From NCBI GenBank assembly GCA_040954595.2, contig CM082588.2:1541935-1605934 (forward strand): a stretch of 64,000 bases of DNA, given 5' to 3'. The DNA comes from Balanoglossus misakiensis. Taxonomy: Eukaryota; Animalia; Hemichordata. A program made the translations under genes and the position numbers. Below the pieces are notes generated by a model. It was given only the letters and a program-made list of their open reading frames with translations. It made no database searches and had not been told where the DNA came from. This document shows positions 53,342 to 64,000 of the stretch, in pieces. The stretch's first letter is position 1. Each line of letters opens with the position of its first letter.

Positions 53342-56300
53342 CTATGAATTGGAAATTTCAAGGAATTCACTTGGTTCTACGACTTGGTGATCATTGCGTC
53401 CATGAGACGAGTCGTCAGCGTTAGTGTTTGTTTTGAAAACAAACGTCACAGCTCTGGTCTTGGTGGCAACGTCTAGCAAATGACCGTCCTGTCAAAGAAT
53501 AAATAATTTTCAAATTTATACATCAGGAGCATGTTTGAATGAATTTATGTTCACATAGTATGAAAAGGAATAAGGAAAGAACATCTTTTGCACTTCAGGC
53601 TGCATGTTTTCAAAAGTTTGGATAACTGAATACCAACATTCCATCTGTAAGCGTCACTTAGACATACTTTGTGAAATGGTCTGTGAACCCCAGTAACATT
53701 TCTGCTACCTGTTAATTGATACATAACAATACAACTGACTGCTATCATAATGAATTTTAAGATAGGAAAGTGGTTGCAAGAGCATGTACCTGTAGAGCAT
53801 CACTGAATGGAGAACTGTGGTGCTGCCATCTTGTCAACTCCGCCATAGATGCACTCTGTGATGAAGAGCAGGACAAATATGAAATTATAAATTAACCACA
53901 AACATAAATCTATTCACTCTGAACGAATGCTGTCAAGATCAATGAGAATAAAACATCGCAGCCCATCAAATTTGACCACTGCTCATAAAGTTTGCAGTGG
54001 TTCTTAATAAATAATCATATCTACTGACAGAAATGATTAATCATTGATTAAGCACTGTGCATGGAACATACATTTTGTTTTATCTACCATAGACAACAAG
54101 GAGAGATATGAACAGCAGTGAAATCAATGGTGGACGATGTCACTCAAATCATCAAACAACGTTGATTTTGCTGCTAGCAAATTTCTTTTGACTAGCATCA
54201 AACAATTTATACTCTCAGTTTCATTCACAGGAATAATTTCATGCCAACAGACTGACCAACAGACATAGACACCGGCATGACATCATGAATGACAGTATAC
54301 CAATCTTATTCTAAACCAACCTTGGGTTTCAAATTTGATTTGCGATGAAAACTGCCCTCTTTGGCCGTGGCCAGTGATTGCACACAGCGGTTGTCTTGAC
54401 AACACTGACATTCCAACAGATCATGGGTCAAACAGGCAGTGTCTTCATGCAGACTGAACAAATCCTGCAAAAAGGAAATCAAACAATTAAACATGACACA
54501 AAGATTATTATCATTCAGTCCAGACTGAAGGAAATGAACGGCCAGATTTCCGTTCTGAATCTCCATTCTTACTTTCAGATCTGCAGGAGAGAACTGGGCA
54601 TCAGTGTCCTTCAAAAAATCGACAACGGCGCCGCTCAATCCTTGCTTTGATATTTGACGCTGGTATATCTTCTCTTCTATAGTTCCCTGAAACAGTAAAG
54701 AAATTACAATTTGATTGGCAAAAAAAACATGATATTTTTACGGAAACTGTCTATGTAGTCACATGACCCAAAACTAACCCCTAACTGTCAGCATTAACTT
54801 TGCAGGCAGCTTTCAACTCAACAATATGCACTACTCTATACAGGTGTTCGCTACACACCATACATTTTAAACTCCCTACTGTGTTGTAGAAAAGACACAT
54901 GCAGCCAAAGTACATTGTGGTACAGTTACTTACAGTGGTTAGCAATCTATAGATGTACACAGTTCGTCTTTGGCCATCCCACCATACTCTTGCCATTGCC
55001 TGGATATCAAATAAAACAAAATGCTAATATTTATCAAATAAAATAATATTTAGAATACACGATGGTACTTTCTCATGTACAAACATGATGGCACATTGAA
55101 TTCTGCAGGTTGCCTGGAAACGGTACAGTGTCCTTCCTCTTGTGATAGTGTGTATTGAACATTCAGTCACATTATCTAATAAACGATGGTACACTGCATT
55201 GAATTCGCTGTGAAAAGTCTTAATTTACTAAATGTCATTAGGGTAAGAAGTTGACCGGAAAATAATATACACTTTCTTCCCTTTTTTTGCAAAAATGAGT
55301 GTTGTTACTCAACTGGGTTCAGTGACACAGTGTTCTAGTTTATTATGACTTCTTGTATAATTTGTTTTTCACAAAATATCATGGTACATTGCATACAGTT
55401 TGAAGTCTAAATTAAAAGTGGGAGTGAGGTTGCTTGGAAACATTTAATTTGTTGAAGGCTATTACCTGTAGATCATTAGCGGGGTTCCAGTCAATATCAT
55501 ACAGGATCAGTCTAGCCGCACCAATCAGATTTAATCCCACGCCACCCGCTTTGCAACTCAGTAAAAATACAACTGGAAAAAAAAGCAACACCACAGAATA
55601 AATATAACACAGAGTTCATGTTCTTTAGTTAAATATGCACTCTCTACCTGTAATAAAAACTCACGGCCAGACAAAAAGACGAAAGAAGGTGGTTAGAGAA
55701 ATAATTATACTTGACGGCAAACAGAGAGAGACACTCATAGACTTACACTGATCTGAGTGCTTGTCGTTAAATCTATTCACAATATCCTGTCTGTTTGCCG
55801 AGGCTGTGCTTCCATCCAGACGGCAGTATGTATAACCTTCCATCTCGCACATCTTCTGGAGAACATCTAACGTCTGCAAACAAAAAAGAATGACACAAAA
55901 CATCTTTTCAGCTATTGAGATAACTTCAAAACTGTCACAGTACAAGCTGGTATTGACTGCTTCCCAAAACCTTAACCCATTCCCCCCACCCCCAGTTCAC
56001 TTTCTAGAGGCCTAGGTTTACCATAGAAAACATAGTGCGAACTATAGTTACAACACATCGAACACCAGCTTACCTGGGTATAGTTGGACACCACCACAAC
56101 TCTCTGCTTCGGTGTGGATTCATGGAAAGACTTGAGCATTTCAGATAACACTGTCAGTTTGCCAGAGTCATCTGTGTTCAATTCATTTGGGTCAAAACCT
56201 GGTGGGTATATGCTGAGGACATCTCTGAACAATGCATTCTGAAAACAAAATGTCATGATTTACAACTGTGCATTCAACTTTGGTGAACACTGGAAACAAA

Positions 56301-59300
56301 TTCATCTCCTCATTATACTCATCATCATAATCATCATCATTGCCATCTTAACTCCAGCTCCCCTGCGGTATCTCAGAACAAAGTCCCTATATCATATTCA
56401 CCCCTGGGCCACTGATTATACATGTCCCTGTGCAATTAACATGTACATTAATTGACCTGTCTATAAAGACCACCTGTCTATAAAGACCACTTGTCTATAA
56501 AGGCCAGTTTAGGAAAGTCCCTTGACTGGCCACTATAGACTGGTTTGACTGTACCTGTAACTCTCCCTCTCCATCAACACTTCTATCTTCTAGACTCTGC
56601 GCATGACGGAAGACAAAACCAGGATGGTTGCAGAGCTTCTTCAAGGCAGACAGACACAACAGATGAGTTGTCCCACTGTAATACGTGGACAGACATGACC
56701 TGATCACACTGGAGGAGAGAAGTTGGTTGTACACTTGCAACTGCAGTTGACTTGCCTTGCAGAAGACAACACTTTCAACTGGAACAAGAAAAGAAGAAGA
56801 AGAATATATTGATGGTCAGTACATGCCTTCTGTGCAGATTAATCAGTTTTGATTGTAGGTTTGCAACTAAACATGCATCTTTCTTTTGTAGCAGTCATGT
56901 AGTAAGCTATGTACATGTATACACAAGGGATACTGATAACACTTCATGATACGCTTTCAGTAGAGATAAAACCGAACATTTAGAGTGATGTAATCTATGA
57001 AAACCAAATCGTCCCATCCAGAGTATTCTTGCAATCCTCTGGGCGCGAGTCAACTTACCCTTTGGTGGGAGATAGCTGCTGTTGATCTCCTGTGTTCTTC
57101 TCAACGTGAAACTTGAAATCAGACGAGTCATCTGTCATGTGCAAAGCATAGCGGGGAATGATTGGTTTCAAACAACTATGGCAGTACTTCATCTGGGATG
57201 TCGAAAATTAAGCACATGATTTTGAAATTTCAACTCTAACCATGCCCCTGAATTTCTACATCAAAACAAGATCAGAAGATGGATATTTTGGTTCAGAATT
57301 CAATTTCAGTGCATACCTCAGCAGCTCTGGTGTCCCCAAGCTCTCTCTCTTCCGCACTGGCCTCTGGTTGTCGCGATCGTACAATAGGATCTTCGTAGAC
57401 TCTCTTAAAAGCAGTGCGGCTACCTACGTTGCCAAGAGACCACAAATGGGTGAATGTGATTGATGTCAGAAAGTTCCATGAGAAAAGTTTGTGGAAACAA
57501 AACACTACACAACACATTTTGTTGCAGCGTTACACAAAACACATACCTAAAATACCAGGATTGCAAAATTCCACAATGGAGAAGAATTCTTGAAGATCAT
57601 TCTGCAAAATGGAATTAAAAAAAGACAGTGGGGTGAAGTTGGACAGATGTTGGAATTCAGTGCCGTTGTGCAGTTCAAAGAAATCCCTATACTTTCCACA
57701 AATTTACTGATCCTGATCATACACATGTACATGTGCACATCTTTGAAATTTGACTCTTGACTTCAACAAAGTCAGGGTTTCACTGACCTGAATCGGTGTC
57801 CCAGTCAAGACAATTCTTCTCTTTATATTCAAGTTATTTATCACCTATCAAAGTAAAATTAGTAAAAAACAAATACACATGAACACTGTGATCAATCATT
57901 CAAGTATGTCAATCAAAACAACTGTGGATTTCGCATGGCAAGTGATTTTCTATTGTGTACACCATGTCATACCTGTAAAAGTACAAAGATTGTCAACTTC
58001 CCATAACCTACTGCACTTTCACAGAACCCTTCAGAGTGAAATTTCAGACTCCGTACTTTTAAAATTGTTGTGTTTATTTGTCTGAAAATGGAGTCATGCT
58101 CAGGGGATGTAATCACTGAGATTGTACGACCATGGTTGTGATTGGACAAATCCAAATGGCGAACAGCAATCATGATTGGCCAATTACAGTAAGATTGGGC
58201 AAAGTGAACACACCCTCAGGGAATTGACCAATCAATGAAGCAGTCAAGAGCTCACAACACTGTACATGTACATATTTCCCCTATTTCTCCTGGCCTGCCT
58301 CTATTTACATGAATATATACAAATGAGGTACATCTTTTTAAGAGTACAGGCGAATTTTCCTCTAAGGGGGACCATTATCTGCTGAAACTTTGATATTTCT
58401 GGCAGATGTAGGAAATATTGATTTTTGCCTACAACTATTACATTCACTGAATCTTTGCAGGTACTGCCTTATCGACACTAGCACTAGATGAAGTTTTCAG
58501 TGTTAGGTAGGAGAGCCAGAAAGACTCACGGATGTTGTCTTGATGGTCGAGTTCTTCAATCGATGACCCTCATCGCAAATCATGATATCAAAGCGGACTT
58601 GATCGATCGCTTCCATGGATCTCATCAGCATCTCGTAGCTAATAATCATGACTGGGTACACAGTGGACTGGCCGAAGTCCTGACAAAGGAAAGTTATTCA
58701 AGAGAGGGTCATTCATCTCAGAACAGATCATGGAAGATTATCAAGTACACACATCCGTGGAATAAGAGCTCACTGCCATTCACCCAACTTGGAAAAAGTG
58801 TATGTAAAGAAATGTCTTAGAAATGATATAGGTGACTAGAGAACAGACTGAGAAAATCAAACAGTGTGTAAGTTATTAGGTATAGTGGGTTTTTGGGGGG
58901 ATTGCCAACTGGATTTCTTGGTGTTTAGTTTTACGTTTTTCATGTTTACTGTACTTTCACATGAGTGCCATTATTGATTACCTAATTGGATTGAACTGAA
59001 ACATAGAAGGCAATGCACATGAAAGGTTTATCAGATAGGAATAGAAACCACATGCATACTTTTGCTGGTTTGTCTGGTCCGACTGCATACACTAAGATTC
59101 TTTCCTTTCCCAGCCATTTTCTGAACTCTTGACACCAGTTCTTCATAGAAACAGAAATAAAAAAATGCCATTTAACATGATAGGCAATGTTTCAAACGCA
59201 TTTTGTTCTATGTCACATGAGAATGTCCTCCCATATATATAGCCACAGAGATCTTGCAGCGTCTCATGAGTTGGTGTATTAGGAATCTGGCCAGTTTAGT

Positions 59301-62063
59301 TTCATTGTTTGGTCCAAATCCATTGTCTTTTGCACCTCTACAGACGGAAACGGGGATGAAAGGGTTGAGAATCGTACCTTGACAAGACTGCTTGGTGTGA
59401 CGATGAGAATTCTTCTCACAACAGCTTTGCCTCCGTATGGTCCTTGCTTCAGTAAAGTCCTGAACATAAAAGATGACAGAGAAGAGTTTAGGTCAGTCCA
59501 AACCCACTGTTTTCTATGGTAAGGTTGGACATCTTAAGAGGGAACTGGGAGTGAAAGGGTTATTAATGCAAGAACTCACCAGACAAGCGCTATACATTGC
59601 AGCGTTTTCCCAAGACCCATTTCATCCCTGAAAAATACAAAAAGGGGGTTGAATAAAACTGTCAAACACTAATGGATAAAATAAGATATACTGTTATCAC
59701 ATGACTCTCTTTTGAGTCTCGTTTCCATGAAACTTTGCAGAAGTTTGCTTTCAGCAATTCTACAGAGAGCTTATCGACCTAGTGATTGTCAGTCAGAAAA
59801 TAAGCATTTGATCTGTACAGTATTGAATTGATTACAGATTGAAAGCATGACTTACGCCAGTATTGCACCTTGACCAGAGGACGGCTTCATACCCATGATG
59901 CACTCGTACAGAAACAGCACTCCACTCCTTTGGTGAGGTCGCAGGTGAACTCGGACGTGGGGATCAACAACCACGTCAACTACGGGAAGGCTGTGCTGGT
60001 TGAACTGCCACTGTCAACAGAATACAGAAATGCACAAAACTGACTCGATCAGCTTAAGTGTGTAACTGTAACGGTGTTTGTTACAGGTCACACTGCGTAC
60101 ACATTACTTTACCATACTACATCCTACATTCAATGGCCACTATCCTTATCATTGTCAATGATGATTTGAAAAGATACTTGAAGTTGTGCATTTACAATAA
60201 AGTATCATTGAAGCCATACCTGGTGAGTTGCATTAGGTCTTGGCATAACCAAAGCTCCTGGGGCAGTGGGGTCAAACTTTGGCGTCACCCTCGTCAATTT
60301 TGGCGTCTGAAAAGATACAATGTACAACGAGAATGACGCACTGCCTTCTTTCGGGGTGTGGAACGCCCTCAAACTGAACGACTGTATCGTTACAGTCTAA
60401 CGTGCACCATACCAGGATGATTTCTCATCTCATCTGTCTATCACAAAACAAACAGTTGTTTTGTTATTGGCAACATAAGTAATTCACCTGCACTTGTTGA
60501 CTTGTGGAGGCTTGTAAAGGATTCCGGAATGGTTTAGTGGCTGGAGGTTTCCTTTTAGGTTCGTCAGGTTGTTCATTCAGTCCAGGTGAGAAGCACTTGC
60601 CTGTGCTCCATTCTTCATCAGAGATTGAGTTCATTATCTGTTGGTCAAGAAAACATCATGTTAGTGCAAAGTTTGTGGTATTCTTCGAGAGGATCGCGTC
60701 ATTTCATGATCACAATATAACAGGTAGTTCTGTACCACAAGATTGAAAGAAAATCTTATGGTGGTCTCTGTTTCCTTATTGTCCAGTGTTTCTGAAGTCT
60801 GCTGATCTCAAAGTAAACAAGAAATGCATGTACACAGTGTAAAGTTTTCACAAATGAGAAAAACTTGCACATGTACGCGCCTCAATCTCCTTTCCTCCAA
60901 TGATGAGTGTCTGTCCTTCTTGTAAGTCTTTCAAATCAGACAGCTTGTATCCAGTGCTCTGCCCAATTCTACACAAAAGGACAAAATTCACAGAAAAATG
61001 CTGACATCACATACTGAAACAAGTCTTCGGAAATCTACAAGAAATGTCACCAGGCCAAATTATCCGTCCTAAGTGGACTTCATCACTCGCACTTCACAGG
61101 GGTATACTCAAAATAATGAGAAAAAGATTTAAAGTCAATCAGCACCTTTTGCATCAGTGACTACAGTCAAATCAGAAGGAAAACACTGCTACATGTATCA
61201 TCACTTACTCTTTTCCCTCCATATCAAGGAGTTTCACACTTCGTGCTTTTGTGATCAGTATTGCTGGAAAATCAACAAAAAACTCATAATCAACTGGGAG
61301 GCATACATATTGTTCAATCTTCAAACTTTCTACAATCACCTTGACAGGAAAGTCTGACTAAAAGCTTACACTTCAAGCTTAGCATAAAGAGAACAAAATA
61401 AAACTCACCATCTCCTTCCCACTTCTTATGCTTCTTTTTAGTTCTTTTTGCCCTGCAATAATTATTAGAAAACAAAAACAACTAAAAATTGCTTATGGTA
61501 GCTAAAAGCGTGTTTTTTATGTATGTTGCTTATTTCTACATTAATGAGACCCAAATAATAACACTCCAGGTGAACAGATTACACACTTACCACATGACGT
61601 TGTAGTAGTGCTTCTCAACTTCTCCATCAGCACAAATTTGTTTATCTTTATTGCATTTTAGCCCTCTTTTCTCTGCTTCACCTACAGCCACCCCTGCTCT
61701 AGGTATTCTCAATTTCGATCTAGTTCCGGTTTTCCCCTCTGAGTTTTCAGCTTCACATTTCACTGCACAACCAGATGGTGCCACCATAGAGCGGGTTTCT
61801 AGTGGTACTACACTTGCACTTTCTACAAGATGTGGTGATTCTGATTTCTTTGGTCTGTGGTCATCACCACCAATTGGACAAGTGTCCGAGCTTGGTGTTG
61901 TTTCAGTGGAGGATACTCTGGCCAGTGCAGTCGATCTCTTGGTACTTGTGGACCCGCTGTTTGGTGATGAAGTCTGAGGTGTGGACTTCAGAAACGGTGG
62001 CATGAATTTGGTTCTCTTGGCAGCATTTCCCGACAGCTGAGATGGAGCAGCTGACCTCCTCAT
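53342..62063 (-). CDS. RAD54B: DNA repair and recombination protein RAD54B (SNF2-family translocase)
   Basis: 24 coding exons: 62063-61591 ([10 protein letters not shown]), 61452-61409 (KKHKKWEGD), 61263-61209, 60968-60881, 60637-60488, 60306-60220, 60010-59856 (LRPHQ), 59627-59580 ([11 protein letters not shown]), 59459-59378, 59140-59060, 58679-58530 (CDEGHRLKN), 57844-57788 (LTGTPIQ), 57601-57547, 57423-57317, 57131-57059, 56778-56555 (LKKLCNHP), 56238-56074, 55873-55747, 55572-55466 ([21 protein letters not shown]), 54999-54934, 54686-54573, 54464-54321, 53855-53790, 53488-53342. The N-terminal MRRSAAPSQ and KKHKKWEGD motifs are typical of RAD54B. Confidence 0.93.
56424..56551. mobile_element. 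Partial copy of the 455-598 MITE family in a RAD54B intron
   Basis: gtccctgtgcaattaacatgtacattaattgacctgtctataaagaccacc...ggtttgactg-ta aligns with 523-600; the other TIR is missing. Confidence 0.7.
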
Positions 62064-62369
62064 GATGGATAGCGATGCTCAGTTTTTGACCAAAGAATTT
62101 ATGGAGTCAATGCTACAAAATGATGACTGGAGTGAAAAGATTGGAAGATTTATTCATCATCAGAATAGGGAAGCAAAGGTGATTTTGGTATTTTTTTTAA
62201 ATGGTTTGTTTTGGTGATGTTCAGTATATTGGTTTCTCTTTATTGTCTTTTAATAACAATTAACTGTAACAATAATAAGTGGGACTATTCTTTTCCCCAA
62301 ATCGTAAGAGATATGGACAATTTGTCACTATGTTGTACATTTCACCTGTTCCAAGAATGCAGATCGTAA

Positions 62370-62381
62370 TTGACCAATCAC
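62370..62381 (+). promoter_or_regulatory. CCAAT (NF-Y-type) box upstream of RAD54B
   Basis: ttgaccaatca about 310 bp upstream of the ATG, next to a more CpG-rich segment (62400-62830). Function is inferred only. Confidence 0.3.
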
Positions 62382-63192
62382 AGGTGCTGTGATGTGGTCT
62401 ACCCCGTTTCAGGTGTGTGGAAAGCAACTGACCCGTCAGAATTCTCGGGTCTAAATTAATACGCCAAAAAGTGACGATCCTCGATTGCTACCATGCATAA
62501 AGAGCATGATATTGCCATCCGAACTGTTTTTCCGAGCTATTAGACATCGAAACTGATCAAAGCTATCGACGACCACCTCGCTACCCCTTGGATCACAACC
62601 CACCCCTCCCCCCAAAATAGTGGTACAGTCCAAAGAGTTGCCAGGTGGTCCGTCAATTCAACAGGGCCACAGGTTTACTCTTACCGTCGATCTACTTTCC
62701 TTCACTGGCGTTCAAAGAGGCTCGATCGGCCTGTCAACACCATAGTCAACCATTTTGGATTTACCGCCTATGTTATGTTTCGTTTATGTTTTGGTTGGTT
62801 GTTAGAGGGCGCTCGTCAGTATGCAGTTTTCAGGAGTGTCAACGCTTAGAAACAAATACTTCGTTCAATTCAGGCGTGTTTAAATATAGCAATGCACTTC
62901 AGGAGGTTTTGTAAGCATAAAGAGAAATGACGGCACACCTACCTTTGAATAAGCACATAATAGACCGCCTCTTTGTACACTCTGTTTACTTGAATATTAC
63001 AAGAAGCCTGGGTCATCCAAATATAGGTTAAACGTGCCTGTGTCATTGTACTTTGCTCAGTTTTAATCGATTGCATTTTATTCGCTTACCATGGTGACAG
63101 AGGCCCTGGCGAATTTCATTTACTGTAGGAATTGCTATCGAAATCGATGATTGTGAATCGATGATAAGAGCAGAAACTTTGTTTTTGCTGAT

Positions 63193-63270
63193 TCTCCCTC
63201 CCCTACCTTCCTCCCTCACTCTCCTCTCCCCTTTCTCTCTGTCTCTGTATCTCTGCCTCCCTCTCTGTGT
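63193..63270. repeat. CT-rich low-complexity tract
   Basis: ctccctcccctaccttcctccctcactctcctctcccctttctctctgtctctg... Confidence 0.7.
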
Positions 63271-64000
63271 GTCAACAACACAAAATGAAGTGTGATTCTT
63301 TTATTACAAAGGCATGAAATATACATACAGCGAAACACGATCATTGTCATCTGTCAAATTCAATTTTTGTTACCAATTCGACGTCTCGAACGAATTCATG
63401 TTCCTCGCAAGTTGCATAGCATTTTATTTTTAAAAAGAGAAAACCCGTACAAGAAGATGTTGTTAAATTATACACGTGTCATCACTTGTAAAATTACCAC
63501 ATTTTAATATAATGTCTTTGTCAATACGTGTGTTCACGTTTTGAAACTGAAGCGTTGTTACTAGCTGCTATGTCCCGGTCTACCGTGGATTTTCCCAGTT
63601 TGTATAAACCTAACACCAATGAAAATCCTTTTCTTATACCCGTCTCTAATTTGCACTGGAAATTATTTGATGAACAGACCCAAAAGTTCAAAAACTAGAA
63701 CGAATATAGCGCCCGCGTGTAAAATTGCACAAAGCAGTAAAACAGGCATGTTGTTAACGTGTAGTTTTCTCTCAGCATGTTGTTGTGTTGGCTTCATGGA
63801 AAACACTGCGTTTCAACCGCCTGAGAGTTCTATCCAGTAATTTCTACAATTCAAAATTGTGTAACCTTCCGTTCAAAGAAACTGACGAATCATGAAAAAG
63901 GCACACGCGAGATATACCGCCAAGTAACTGTGGATCTGGTCAGTCCCACTGCCTTGGGTTGGTTCTTCTGTCGTAGGTGGTTCATCTGTTGGAGAAGATT

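Noticed and set aside
60969-61590. Nested FSBP-like gene, as found inside vertebrate RAD54B
   Set aside because: The early introns here are only ~140-240 bp and contain no Myb/SANT-like ORF.

Overview
AT-rich, intron-rich animal DNA; an invertebrate deuterostome such as a hemichordate is plausible, but that is inference. I reconstructed exon structures by hand from splice sites and reading-frame phase. (1) 2.9-28.8 kb: a tandem cluster of seven galactose-3-O-sulfotransferase (GAL3ST)-like type II membrane genes, six on the minus strand and one inverted on plus. Each has a signal-anchor exon and one large catalytic exon, and all seven lack the His of the canonical KTHKT PAPS-binding motif. (2) 4.6-10.5 kb: a ~5.9-kb non-autonomous foldback-type DNA transposon (TAGACC...GGTCTA termini, TGA target duplication, ~170-bp internal modules, 2.09-kb end-anchored duplication) inside intron 1 of the first sulfotransferase. 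(3) 29.7-42 kb (-): a receptor guanylyl cyclase with a pair of equal-length, probably mutually exclusive exons at the start of the kinase-homology domain, a 12-nt microexon, a GC-AG intron and a possible alternative signal-peptide exon. (4) 53.3-62.1 kb (-): a 24-coding-exon RAD54B with an Arg-to-Trp change in helicase motif VI. MITEs, a LINE reverse-transcriptase relic and microsatellites are also present. No RNA genes or CRISPR arrays were recognised.
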